From NCBI RefSeq assembly GCF_009914755.1, contig NC_060932.1: DNA of 64,000 nt; one strand, written 5' to 3'. Source of the stretch: the human T2T-CHM13v2.0 reference genome, Homo sapiens. Below the pieces are notes generated by a model. It was not told where the DNA came from, searched no databases, and worked only from the letters and a program-made list of their open reading frames with translations. Within the stretch, counting starts at the first letter, position 1, and each line of letters begins with the position of its first letter. Both the position numbers and the translations under genes were made by a program. Positions 30,213-43,888 of this stretch are shown here, piece after piece.

Positions 30213-30511
30213 AAACTGTTTACTAAAACTAGAGTCTATTTATTAATCCTACATTCAGTAAGAGTTTGAGAAGGGAATAATCACCCAAAATCCCCAAGTT
30301 CCCTCCTTTGATCATCAATGGGGCTGTAGTTCAACTCCAGGGAAATATTTTATAGAGATAAGGGCAGATTACCCCAGAGCAGAATAGCATGTTGAGATAC
30401 GGAAATAATGGTGCACAAAAACAAGAGATGAAAAAAATTGGAAAGGTTTCACCTAAGAAGAGGTAACTTTGCTGAATCATAGAAGTAATCTTCAAATATC
30501 AGAATCGTCAT
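30213..30511 (+). repeat. Copy B of the local ~300-bp direct duplication
   Basis: Aligns to 28793-29096. Confidence 0.92.
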
Positions 30512-30769
30512 CAATTAAATCAGTAATTAGACTTATTATTTGTTTTTCCAAAGGTAAATTTGGCTGATGATCAGAAAAATCTTTTAAATCAAAGCTTTCT
30601 GATGGCAATGAGCATTCTTTCCAAATGAATGCTAACATTAAAAACAAAATGCTGCTTTTCAAATATAGAGAGATGATTATGCTGAGTGTGAGCCTGGACT
30701 AGATGACATAAAAAAATCTCAGAATTGTAGAATATTAAAATGTGAAAAGGACTTCAAAGTCATCTGCTT

Positions 30770-30955
30770 TTGTGGTTTAGTTGTCCATTGGAATCACCTG
30801 GGGAGCATCTGAAAAAATACTGTTCTCTTTCCAGATCAATTAAAATCAGAACTTTCTGGGGATAGAGGCTGTGCACTATTTTGCTGGTTTGTTTTCTTTT
30901 GTCTTTGTAATTGTCCCAGGTAGTTCTAACATATAGCCACAGCTGAGAAACACTG
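30770..30955. mobile_element. MER5A-like hAT-Charlie MITE
   Basis: gaatcacctggggagc...cccaggtagttctaa...tgagaaacactg. Confidence 0.7.
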
Positions 30956-31048
30956 CATTAGTTCACAAATGAGAAAAATAGGGCCCACAGTTAGAAAATA
31001 ATGGAACTTTAATTTGAACCCAGGTACTATGCTGTGCTATTTGTTTAT

Positions 31049-31324
31049 TTGTGTGTGTGTGTGCGTGTGACGGGGTCTTACTCTGTAGCCCAGGATGGAA
31101 TGCAGTGCATGCTCATGGCTCATGCAGCCTTGGCTTCCTGGGCTCAAGCGATCCTCCCACCTCAGCCTCCCGAGAGGTGGGACTTACTTTTTTAAATATA
31201 TTTTTGTAGAGATGGAGTGTTGCCATGTTGTCCAGGCTGGTTTCAAACTCTTGACCTCAAGCAATCTGCTCGCTTGGCCTCCCAGAGTGCTGGGATTACA
31301 GGTGTGAGTCACTATGCTTGGCCT
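31049..31324 (-). mobile_element. AluJ with an internal deletion and a (TG)n-converted tail
   Basis: Reverse Alu motifs gggctcaagcgatcctcccacctcagcctccc and gtgctgggattacaggtgtgag. TSD tgctattt. Confidence 0.88.
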
Positions 31325-33385
31325 CTATGCTATTTTCAATAAATTACTCAAAAGGTCTATGGCTTTATAATATGCATAAGGCTATAAATAAGTCTTGCAA
31401 ATATCAGTTTCGGAGGGGAAAGTATATACCTTATTTTTTTTCCCCAGGGTACAGACTGTTCTCTGGTCTATTATCACTTTCTAACTTTAAAGACATTATT
31501 TCACTGAACTTCAGTAGAAAATATACACAAAACTAGTCTTGCATCATGGGGTTTACTTCTAACTTTGATTTTGACCTACTTGAGCCTGATTTCCTATTGT
31601 TTTTGCAAGTATGCCCTTGCACAGATCCTTATCACACAGGCAGGAGGCAGAGGCTCCCTCTACTCAATTTGTGATCAAGAGAAACTGCTTATAAATTATT
31701 TTCTGCTTGCAGATGACACCAACTAGAAGCTATCTTTGCTAGATTTTAAAAGTCTTAATCAGTGTGAAATTGGGAGAAGGGCAAAGGAATGGAAATCAGG
31801 AAATCCGAATGGCTAACATGGGGTCACAGGGAAAGAAGAGCAAGCCCAGAACTGAATGTTAATTCCACAGCTCAGCCTCTACATCACAAACTGTTACCAG
31901 GACTTTCTGGTGACCAATTTTGCATATCATTTCAAATTAGAGGCCTCCTGGCAGGTGGGAAAACCATGGCAGTGAGAAGGACAAGTAGCTGTCCTTCTCT
32001 CTGTTCTGTCTTTACCCACACTAATTAGGGCCTTAAACAACTCACTATCTCTCTGAAACTCCTTTTCTCATTTATAAAATGGGAAGGTTCATCAAGATCA
32101 TCTCAAGGGTGACTTCGAATTACAATGTTCTATGATGAGATAACATCTGCATTGTCAAGGAGGACAGGGCTGGCCTATGATGTTTATACTGTGAATAGTT
32201 GCTTTTCCTGTGGACAGAATCTACCACATGCTAAATAGAATCCACACAGCAGCCATATTATAAAAGGGATCTACCATACACATCACATGTTAAATTTTTA
32301 ATACAGTAATCATTATCAGAAATGTGAATTCCATCACAGGTTAAACCTTAACACGAGTAGGCTGAAAATCAAACTGGCATCTTACTCTCAGCAATAAAGA
32401 CTCGTACTAGCCACCTGATAACTCCATGACAGAGATATAAACAGCATACACATTCAAGGGCAGACTATAGCTTGAACTGACTGATCACTTTCCAGAAATG
32501 CTATTCTTGGATTGCTAAGAAGTAAGCTATACCACACCCGCTCTGAAAAACAAAAACAAAAACAAAAAAAACACCAAGAAATCCCTTCACCTCAAAGAAT
32601 ATTCTAGAAAAAAATTCTAGTCATTTTTTTGTTCTGAAATGTACCTTTTAATATGTTTTAAAGACAAAAAAATACCACAAGGATTTCTTTTCCTTTTAAG
32701 AAGAACCTTCGGCTCTTAGGTATCACAGATTGTTCAGAACAACTTGGACTAAAGGCGGATTTCGCCTAGTGATTTAATTAATAAACATGTTTGTGGTTCA
32801 AAAATCATTTTGGAAGGCACATATGGAAAACTAGGAAAACTTCAGATGGATGAATATTTAGTAATAAATATATTTAAGGAAGAATATTAACCAACCAAAA
32901 ATTAATTTAAATTGAAAATGCTTCCCAGTTATAATCAGTAACAAGGAAGCAGATGATTCCCCCACAAAAATACAGAACTGTAGGCAATAAACAGATCTTT
33001 GTGGAAGAAAAAGAGTAAGCTATTTAAGGGAAAAAATAGGTGCTCCCATACTTAATTATTAGTTATAAACTCGCTGTTGAAATACCAAGAGTATTTAAAG
33101 AAACAAGAGGCCGGGCAAACCTGGAAAACAACACATGTAAATACAGTGCCTTTGTCTGGACTCTATAGAGAACCAGAAAGTGTTCTAAAACATCTGTTTT
33201 ATTATAGGGTTGAAAATAAAGAAGAAGGTAATATGTACTTTGAAATCTATTTTCTAATTTCCATTTTTCATGTGTCTAATAGCTAAAGATAACACATTCA
33301 TTTTATAAATACAGTACCACTATTAGCTAGCATGGTCACAGGGCTCTAATTTATCCTATTTATAGTAGCAAAAAAATAAACCACA

Positions 33386-33537
33386 TTTTTTAATTATAAA
33401 TCAACAACTTATCATTGTATATATTTGAGGATACAAAGTAATATTATGATTTGAAAATTCAGTGTGAAATAATCAAATCAAACAAATTAACATGCCCATT
33501 ACCTCAAATACTTTTTTGCAGTGAGAACATTTGAAAT
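33386..33537 (-). mobile_element. L1MA 3' terminal fragment
   Basis: Poly-T, then attgtatatattt...aattaacatgcccattacctca...gtgagaacattt (reverse L1MA 3'UTR). Confidence 0.75.
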
Positions 33538-33540
33538 TGA

Positions 33541-33599
33541 CCTGGCTTTCTGGCTAAGATCAACTATAGTATCTGTCTTCATCAGTCTAATTCTAATAT
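33541..33599 (+). pseudogene. U2 snRNA 5' fragment (approx. U2 nt 8-67)
   Basis: cctggctttctggctaagatcaactatagtatctgtcttcatcagtctaat-tctaata aligns to U2 CTCGGCCTTTTGGCTAAGATCAAGTGTAGTATCTGTTCTTATCAGTTTAATATCTGATA at about 80% identity. Confidence 0.85.
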
Positions 33600-34939
33600 T
33601 TGTAAAGAATATTAGAAATCAGATGAAAGTAACATTATCAGCTATCTTTAGAACATAAGTTATTTCTAAAAGAAATGTCAAGAACTCACAAATAATATAA
33701 TATCAAATCTGGGATAACAGACTGCGTAGTAACTTTCTTGTGCATGGACAAGCTCACAGGGACAAAACTGCAAGATGTTCCTATCAACCAGAGTGGAGGC
33801 CAGCCAGCCTCCACGAGCAGGAGCTGCTGTCCATGGAGCTGCTCTGGACCCACTCCACATTCCCCTAGCACGGCGTTGCTTTCCTGTCTTCTGTTCCCAG
33901 GTCTGATCTCCGACTGGCCCGCAAAACTGGACGCTGACACGGGTTCCACAGTGACAGCTCCTGCTGTGTTAACTCAGCCTGGATCGCCCCCACACTGCTT
34001 TATGAGCACTAAATTTTGGCAACCTACTCTCTCTCTCCTCGGAATCTGACCTCAACTGCACCCTTTCTGTTCCACTTCACTTCTCCTCAATTCTGACAGC
34101 TTGCAGTGACCTTCCCTAGCTACAAAGAGAAAACTGTGTTGGGTTTCATTTGCAAAATTCTCAAGTAGAATCCATCACACCTTCAGTCCTGTTCTCTAAG
34201 GGCCCTTTTAGCAGTCACATTATTGCCCTCTTATTATTGGCAGAGAGAGTCTGAGTGACCTTGGATGAATCTCAACTGCTTTTTGAGCTTAACCTTGACA
34301 GCCCCTCGGTTTCATTACCTAATGATTTAGGAATATCAGACTATCTAGAAAATCTTTTAAGATTACTTCCATTTCTAATAACCTGCTCATATTCCTTATC
34401 TCAGTGAAATGACCCTACCAGGTACTTAAATCCCAAAAGTCACATGGAAATCCTCTCTCTCACTCATCCTCATATTCAAATGAACAAATGATTCCCTCTG
34501 TCCCACGACTTTGTCTCCTAGTCCTCCTAATGTCCCTTAAACCTCAGCTCTGTGAGGCTGACTTCACTTCCCCTACCTTCCAGCTGCTTCCGGGTTCAGC
34601 ACTTCCACTAGACTTTCCCAGTGACTTCCGGCTTTTCTCTGAGTGTGGATTAACCTGGGTGCCTCCCTGAGGTCAGAGGGCTTATCTGACCCTCAAGAAA
34701 TAAGTCCTGGTGCAAAGCCAAAAATGAATGAAGGAATGAAAGGGAGAAAGGAAATATCTAAAGATTTTCAGATCCTAACATAAAAAGGGATTAAAATATT
34801 GTTTTCTGTTGTCTGTTTTTTAAATCTTAGAAAACACAACACTGAGTAAGAGGGAGATGAGAGTAAGTGGTGGGGAGAAAGGAAGGAAGGACACTTACAG
34901 GTACGAGTTACGGTCCAGAGAACGAGCGAAGCATGTGAC

Positions 34940-35125
34940 ACATGTAATCTCATTTCCTCCTGTAACAACTGTTCACAAGATGCGATGTCATCTCCATTTT
35001 ATGGTTAGAGAAAGTGGACTCTGAAAGCCTCCTTAATTTGCCCAATGTCACAATGCCAGTAAGTGACAGGGTCAGAACTTTAACCAAGATGATGTGACTC
35101 CAAGAGTCCATTGATCTTTCCCTAG
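34940..35125 (-). mobile_element. MIR
   Basis: catctccattttatggttagagaaagtggactctga...ttgcccaatgtcaca. Confidence 0.65.
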
Positions 35126-36835
35126 AGTTTGTTACCATGATGATCTCAACTTTACAACAGTGGTCCATGGGAGTAGCTTATATCATATTAAAATCTTAGA
35201 ATTTCAGTGTGCAGGAAGAAGAGTTTAAAAACAATCCTAGAATTTAAGAAACCAAAGTATTTGGGAAATAGGAGGGAAAACTCCACCAACACTGCAGCTG
35301 TGCTATTCATCTATAGACTCTACTCTTGTACTGGCACTAGCTACATATGTCGGCACCTTTGAAATGCAGTATTTTAAAATCCAATCCTGTGCTAAGATTA
35401 TCCGTCCTATCAGCGGCATGCTGCATTTTGGGATGCCCTCTCCCACCTACTTTAAGCTCTCCAGAGACTGTGATACAACAATATGGGCTTCAACACACTG
35501 CATCTAATTTTATTGTAAAAAAAAAAAAAAAAAAAAAGGCTATGCCATATGGTTACCAACAAATGAAATAGTGACTGTTGCAAACAGAATAAAAAAGCAG
35601 GTGGAGCCCTGACAAAAAAAAGTACAACTGAAATGAGATCTAAAAGATTTAAAAATAGCTGGTCAACCAGTAATGTATACTTAAACGAAAGTGTTTAAGA
35701 AACCAGGATGAAAAATGTATAAAAACATTACCAGGAGTAATATGAGGAAAATAATGCTTTCGACATTTTCATTTTATCCTTGGAAAGCTTTGGTGATTCA
35801 AATTTAAAAGGACTATAATAGGGAAGATATAAAAAGGAATCACAAGTCCAAGAGAACAGAAGAAAGTTTCACCTTTTGTTCTAATTTCTTAGAATCATCT
35901 TCCTATTTCCTTGCAATATACCTCTTTAAGAAACCTGGTATACTTTGCTTTATATATGATTTACCAAAAAAGAAAAAAGAGAAAGAAACAAACCAACCAA
36001 CCAAGCAACCAACCTAGTATCACCAAAACCACAAAGACAGACGGGCCTTAAATTTGCTACGTAACCTGTATACACTTAAATTAGAATGGTCAGGCTGAGT
36101 TCTCTAGTAAACACTATAAAGAACTTCAGAATGACACAGGCATCAAACCAAGCAAGGAAGAAAAAATCTTTATAATCGTGAAACAAACTGATGTTATATC
36201 CAAAATATAAATATAAGCATATTCTTTGAAAACATGTAGTTATTTCCATATATATTTTACCTACAGTGTATATAATCATAGATAGCTTTTGTGAAGGTAT
36301 TAGTGAATTCCGGATCCCCCTGTAACTCAGTTGGCCCATCACCACCTAAAGATTAAAAAGCAATTGATATCTATCCTATTTTTAACTTCAGTCCTGGAGA
36401 TTACATCACCATTTTGGTGCCCAACTCCAGGGTTTAATCATTCTAATAAAAATGTCAGGAATTATTTATTACTGGCAAAATGCTACAGTTTAGAAGCCAT
36501 TTGGTTTATTTTTCATAAAGACAAAGAGCTAGTCATACCCATCCTTACCTAGGTTATCCATAACCTTTCACAACCTAGGATTATACACTAGAGTAATTAG
36601 TTAATCTTCCAAGTTAAGACCCACATTTCAGAGAACTGTAGACATCAACTAGTTTTAAGTGGCTGAGAGCACAGTCAGGTCTCTTACAATTTCCAATGTG
36701 AGGGACAAGTCATATGACCTTGGACACTATGCGATGCCTTTAGCTTTAGAAATAGTTTTCATGGCTGGTTTTACTTAATAAATATTGATAGCAGGCTTCT
36801 CTTAAAAGTTGCTATGCATACTTCTTCAACTGTAT

Positions 36836-37353
36836 TGCAGGAACAAAGGGCAAACCTCCCCTTTGCCCTTTGAAGGTTCACTGAAAATCAACTGGCCAAA
36901 GGTAGAATAACAGCGAAAAAAGCATACAATTTATTAATATGTACAAGGGACAATCACAGAGTGATTCCCCAAATATTCCAATGGGGCCAACATACTCCTA
37001 CAGCTTCTTTTCATAGAGGAGCGGGGAGATAGCGAATGCAGGGAACTCTGTCAAAGGGCAATAAATGATTACCAAGGAGAATGAACGGATGGGAAAACAG
37101 AGATGAACTTGTAAATGGTCCTCTTTAGAAAATGTTCGAGCATGCTTACATTCTTTAGTATTCTTTGTTACAATAGATAATGAGATAACAAGGAGGTGAA
37201 GGACAAACAGTCGTTCTCCTTGGTGGGTCCAGTCTTTACTTGGATGGGGGAAAAGTCTCTTCCCACATTTACTGATCTCTAAGAACCTTTCATTCAAAAT
37301 ACCTATTATACCAGGGAGCCATATTTTGGAGTGAAGTTCCCTGGATACCTTCA
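36836..37353 (-). mobile_element. ERV1 solo LTR (MER34/MER39/LTR48-like)
   Basis: TG...CA termini with a 4-bp TSD GTAT (36832-35 and 37354-57). The minus strand begins tgaagg...cttcactccaaaatatggc. Confidence 0.8.
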
Positions 37354-37410
37354 GTATACTTTATGCAAAATAAATTTTAAAATATTTAACTTAGAAAGTG
37401 GAAGTTCCTA

Positions 37411-37710
37411 TTTGGGAGGCCGAGGGGGAAGATTACTTGAGGCCAGGAATTTGAGACCAATCTGGGCAACACAGAAAGACCCTGTCTCTATTAAAAAAAA
37501 AAAAAAAGAAAGAAAATTAGCTAGGCTTGGTGGCACATGCCTGCAGTCCCAGCTACTTTGAGGGGGGAGGTTAAGGTGGGAGGATCCCTTGAGCCCAGGA
37601 ATTTGTGGTTGCAGTGAGATATGGTTGCATCGCTATATTGCACTCCAGCCTGGGTGAAAGTGCAAACTCTGTCTCTCACCACCACCACCACCACCACCAC
37701 CACCACCACC
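37411..37710 (+). mobile_element. 5'-truncated AluJ with an (ACC)n tail
   Basis: Starts tttgggaggccgagg. TSD gaagttcc(c)ta at 37401 and 37713. The tail is about 11 copies of CAC. Confidence 0.88.
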
Positions 37711-37874
37711 CAGAAGTTCCCTAATATGCTGCTCCCCTGACATCACCACTATTAACACATTCATCTTCTAGATTCTCACATATGAATTTTAACATAAATG
37801 GTATCATTCCATACTTAATTTTGTATTGACGTTCCCCACCATCAATTCCTTGAAAATAATAATTAGGTAATCAT

Positions 37875-38095
37875 ATTTTATGAAGTATTTTTTATGTGCC
37901 AAGTATCATCCTGTAGGCTTTACATGGATTTTCACATTTAAACCTCATTCCTGGTTCATAAGTAGGTATATTCACTTTTCCCAAGTTCCAGATGAGGAAG
38001 CTGATAGAGGAATAATTTCCCCAAGGTCACAGAATTGGTGCTAAGTATGAGAGAATCCAGGCAGCATGAATAAAGAAGCTATACTCTTAACCCCT
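37875..38095 (-). mobile_element. MIR
   Basis: tatgtgccaag...ttccagatgaggaagctga...ccccaaggtcacag. Confidence 0.65.
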
Positions 38096-38297
38096 TCTCT
38101 TCACTTTGCCATCCATACCACTACTCATAACTCTACGTGGTCTTTTTAACAACTGTATTAATTACATGAATAAAGTATAACTGATGTAATCCTTCACTGA
38201 TCGAGATTTGTATTATTCTCAATTTTTTGCTATTGTATACAATGCTGCTTTTAATGTCCTTGTACACATACCTTTGTACGTTTAACTACCCAGCATC

Positions 38298-40560
38298 TTT
38301 CTTTTTTCTTCTGAAATAATTTTAGACTTACAAAAAGGTTGTACAAATGGTACAGAGTTCCTGTAAATCCTCCACCCAGTCTTCCCTTAATGTTAACATC
38401 TTACGTAACCATCAGTGCAATTATCAAAACCAGAACGTTAATGTTGGTATAGTATTAACTGAACTATACACCTTATTCAAATTTCACCAGTTTCCCCATT
38501 ACTGCCCTTGTCCTATTCCATGATCCTCTCTAGAACCCACAAGGCCTTCAGTTATTATGGCTTCTTAGTCTCCTCCATTTGGTGACAGTTCTTCAGTATT
38601 CCCTTGTCTTTTATGACCTCGACACTTCAAAAGAAGATGGGCCAGTTATTATATAGAATATCTTGCAATTTGGGTTTGGCTGCTGTTTTCTCATGTTTAC
38701 AATGAAGTTAGGCATTTTGGGAAAGAGAAGTGATGTTAAGTGATGTTAACTTCTCCTTTAGAGCATCAGAGGCTTCATGATGTTGAGATGCCTTGCCACT
38801 GGTGATGTTAATCTTGATCACTTGGTTAAGGTGGTATCTTTCACTGTCTACATTGTAAAGTTAGTATTTTCCCCTCATAATGAATAAATATCCTGGGAGA
38901 GATACTTTGAGACTACACAAATATCCTGTTTCTTCCCTAACTTTCATCTACTAAATTTAGTATCCTTCAATGGCTCTATCAACAACAATAATTACTGCGA
39001 TATTTGCCATTTCCTCCTTTCCTTTCACAATTGTTAAAATTTTTCTGTAATAAAAACCTGTCCCTTCTCCACAATTTTTAAAATGTATTCAACGGATATT
39101 CATTTTCTTCTCTGAGTATAATCTAATACTATCACTTTGTTGCTCAAATTGTTCCAGCTTTGGCCATTAGGAGCTCCTCCAGGTTGGCTAGGTTGGCCTT
39201 CTGGCACACCACCCTCTTCTTTTGAGCACTTACTTTCTGGCACCACAAGATGTTCTAGGCTCATTTTATATTTTCCCTGCCCCAGGACTACAACCAACCA
39301 ATTCTCCACAGAGCATTAATTCATTTTACTGGTGAACAGTATTTAGAAACCAAGGTCTGGAAGCTACGCTGCTCATTGATATTGAGATATCAGTGCTTCT
39401 AGATCCGCTCGGCAGGCAGAGCTAAGAAATATATGCAGGCGTATATTTACATGCATATATACATACCCATCATGCAAACTCACCTACGTTTCTGCATCAA
39501 TCCATACATTAAAAATTACAAGTTCATATGAATAACGTCAACTGGAATCCAATACCACAGGGTTCCTTATTCATAATTTCTTTCTCCCATAGAGAGAAAA
39601 CTGCCTCTTATCATCTATAGTATGTTTGTTTATTTGCATATCCTAGTATACAGATAAAGTAATGATAGAGGCAGACAAATGCCTAGACAGACAGACAGAG
39701 GCAGGTCCCCTGCAAAATCCTACCTTCAGGCCAAAGATAGTTTAAAGCCTGAAAGCTGAGCTACAAGTTAAATCTTTGGACCAAACTGAGAGTGTCTTCC
39801 TGTCTGGCATACTTTCCTCTGATGGGTCCCCACCCTTCACGTATTTTACATATACCCTTTCCTAATTGGTTTCCTACCCTTTCCTAATTGGTTTTTCTAC
39901 ACTGTCCTGCCCACCTTTGAGTGGTGTTTTTGCTTTAATCTTTTTTGCATACTTACAAACCAATCAGCATGCACTCCCCATTCTGAGTCCATAAAGGGCC
40001 CCAGACCCAGCCACACAGAGGAACCCCCTCCCTCCCCTGCTGACCCTTGCTGAAAGCCGTTTTCATAACTCGAAAACATTCTTCTCCATCCTCCTCACCC
40101 TTCCATGCCCCACGTGTCCTCATTCTTCTTCAGTGCAGTCTAAGAGTTCGGAAACACCAAACAAAGGTACAAGCTCTAACACAGGTAAGCTGGGGCACAC
40201 CAGCGTGGCCAAGGGAGGTCCAGGTGGGGTGTTGCTGGTCAGGGGTCCCCACCTTGCAAAGTGACCAAGAAGAAAAATTCTGCATCAGTAATAGTTTCAG
40301 AATTAATAGCTCATACCCCTGTAAAAGACAAATTTACTAACTGGAGTACAGTGTTTGTGTACTGTTCTTTTTGTCTTCAACCACACGGCATACAGTTAAA
40401 AAACTGTTTTTCAAAATTATTTATGTTCGTTCTTTCCTTTTCCATTCCCTTTAGTGTAAATTACAAAATACTTAATTTGTAATACAATTAGGTTCATTTG
40501 TTACTGTTTATACTTTCCACTTTGAGTTTTCATGGACTGGTTGGTCTTAATTATTAATTT
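38298..40560 (-). mobile_element. L1MC-type 3' region, interrupted by the LTR at 39663-40287
   Basis: tgaaataattttagacttacaaaaaggttg...ttgatcacttggttaaggtgg. The sequence resumes (atagtttcagaatt) after the LTR. Confidence 0.78.
39663..40287 (+). mobile_element. ERV1 solo LTR (MER50/LTR27-like)
   Basis: tgatagaggcag...tgcatca with a 4-bp TSD GTAA (39659-62 and 40288-91). Contains CCAAT (accaatcagc) and a cataaa TATA-like box. Confidence 0.82.
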
Positions 40561-42089
40561 GTATCCTAAGAGGGTAAATGCCAGGGTTGTGATTTAATGT
40601 AGCAAATGAATAGAAGGGCACATTCAGTGAGGACTGAAAGAAATGCCCTTAGGCATGGATATTTTCTCAGCATGTTTGTGCTTGCATCCATGTGCCTGCT
40701 TGCTCTCTCTCTCTACCTGTGTATGCATAGCCTCAGTTTTTAAATGGCGGTGTCACCTTTGTTCATATGAGATAATGTGAAGCTTAGAACCCTATAGATT
40801 TTAAGATTGAAAAGGGCTTCTCAAACGTAAATAATGCCCCCACATCTTCAATTCTTAATACTAACGATTTAAAAATGTACCACAAATTGGAGCTTGGCCT
40901 TTTCATAAAAATGTATGTGGGTACCTGCAGGTGTACAGACACAGTTTACTTGAAGTTAACGACACTGGAAGGATCCTTATAATAAGCTTTTAATTAGATA
41001 TTACAAACAAGGAAAATATAGGAACATGAGAGCTGGAAGAAATTACCTAAGAGAGTTTCTAAAGGTTTGGTTTCATTTTTAAAAAATCAATTTTCCCTAC
41101 AGGAAAGAAACCAGAAGTGGACATGACTGACATAATAGATGGGCAAAGTAATGTATTCTCAAAGTCAGATGCATTGTGGAAACAGGAAGAGAAAACTACA
41201 GGTGAAAGCAACAGCAATCTTTCTGAATTATCAGAAAACATACCTTAGCATATTAAAGTGGGAAAATGAATGGAAAAAGAGGAAACCAGAAACAGTTCCC
41301 AGTGTCTCTGAATCTGAAAGCACAAAGCTTTAATCAGAACACCAGCAGAGATTATGGCTGGATAGTGACAAGAATGAGACTGCCACATGGTAAGGAAGGT
41401 AGTGCTTCCTTTCCAGCTGCTAAATAGTGCCAATTAACTACTATATGAATTACATGTGTACCAATGTCTGCTCAGTATGCAGAGAGCAACTCCAAGAAAA
41501 GGCTATTTTTCTTATCAAAGTGAGTAAAAAAAAAAGAAAAAAAAAGACACAGAAGAAGACGAGTTTCCTTTTGCAGGCCTCTAATCATCAGGACCAGCAC
41601 TTCAGGTTTCGGTGGAAGGTGGGAAGAGAAGGAAGGAAAACAAACTCTGGCAAGAGAGAGGGAGAAAGGTTTGGAAAGACTACGGAAGTCTTCGTATGTA
41701 CTAGAAGCTTTAAGGGCAAAATATGAGTCACCAAAGGCAAGTGAAATTGCTGATCTCTCATAAAACACCCCTTGGCTTTCTGCCACCATAACTTCCCCTT
41801 TTAATCCTATTTCTCATATGCAGCATGTGAAAAAAGGACCAGCTGGCTGCACTGGTTTTGTTATTTTAGCCCTTATGTATACACACTTTAAAAGGCTGAA
41901 GAAAAGCAACTGTGGGCAGTTACATCCTTTGTATTTTTCAAAGGTTGGCAGAAAGTATTCTGTGACTCCTTTGTATAGATGCATGCTTTCAAAATAAAAA
42001 GGTATATACAACTCTTTTTAAAGCTTATAAATAAATTAGGTGAAAAGGAAGGGAAGTGGTAGAGAGTAACGCTAATAAAGATTTTTCCA

Positions 42090-42424
<335 letters not shown>

Positions 42425-43156
42425 TCAGTTATAATACGGCAGTAATGTTTAGAGACACCAAGGACCTGCCAACATGACCTCATCATCTCTCCACACAAGC
42501 TGGGACTGTGCTGAAGTTATCATCCACCTAAAGTAGGGTACAAAGCCCACTCAGAATGGTCACAGAGGTAAGCCCTGTGGGGCAATACAAAAGGAGAGTG
42601 GGAGACTTTTCCCAAAGGCCACATTCTCTGGTTTGTATCAGTAGATATGGAGCTTTTAAAAGTTTAGAAATAAGAAAATCAGATTTCACATTTTCATGTG
42701 TAACGCTACTCAGTTCTTTCTAACAGCCAAAGAGAAGGTGGTACAACAATCACACCACACAACTGTCTTAGTCCTTTTAAAATAATGATTCTGCATGCTA
42801 CGTGTTGATTATCTTCTTGACGTTCCTCTTATTTCTACTTTGATCTAGAAAAATCTGATGTTAGGAGCCTGAATAACTCTGTAAATAGTAACTAACACAT
42901 GGAGTACATTCAAGGGATATGGCTGCTCTTAGTGGACCACACGTTATCATCCTTCCTGTCTCCACACTGGCATCTAAGCTGTTACCCCACAACCAGAGTC
43001 CCTTCTACTCCAGCTCTATAGCACCCATCGGAACTACGTTTCAATAGACGACAAGGTGCTACCATCTCAAAGGGGCTTTTCCAGATGCTGCCCAGTTGAA
43101 AGTCATTTCTCTTTATTCTGAAATCCCACAGTATTTTATACGTAATTCCGCATTTA

Positions 43157-43833
43157 TGCAGGATTTTAAAGATGCTGGCCCCCTAAGAGTCTCATCCCTT
43201 GATGATTTAATCAAATGTTCATCTAGCCACTGCTAAGAAGGCACATGGCAGATGGAACTAAGGTTACTCATCAACTAACCTTAATAGAGGGAGATTATTC
43301 TGGATTATCTGGGTGGGCCCAGTGTAATCACACAAGACCTTCAAAGAGGAAGGGAGAACAGGCACTCAGAAGATGCACCAGAAAAGGAAACCAGACAAAG
43401 ACGAGGCAAAAAGAAGAGGATGAGGAGGTCAGACAGTACCAGAGAGTGAGAAGAACTTGGGCCATCTCTGCTAGCTTTCAAAATGGAGGTAGCGGACCAC
43501 ACGCAAAGGACTAAAGGTGACCGCTAGAAGCTGAGGAGGACCCCTGGGCAACAACCAACAAGAAAAGGGGGACCGCAGTCCTATGACCACACAGAACTTA
43601 ATCCTTCCAACAAGCTTAATGAACTTGAAGCAGATTCACCTTCAGAGCCTCCAGAAATAGACACAGTCCTGCCTAAATCTTGATTTGGAAATGGAAAAAC
43701 CAGAAGTAGAAAAACCAGCCAAGCAAACCCAAACCTCTAACCCACAGAACGATGAGATAATGATCAATCTGTGTTGTTTCAAGCCACTAAGTTTGTGGTG
43801 ATTTGTTAACGACAGCAATATAAAACTAACACA
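43157..43833 (+). mobile_element. MLT1 (D/E-like) solo LTR
   Basis: gggagattattctggattatctgggtgggccc...gttgtttcaagccactaagtttgtgg...cagcaatataaaactaacaca. Confidence 0.8.
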
Positions 43834-43888
43834 TTCTCCTTCATATTATATCCTATTTAATAGTTCAAGTCTCAGTGGGCATTAGAAC

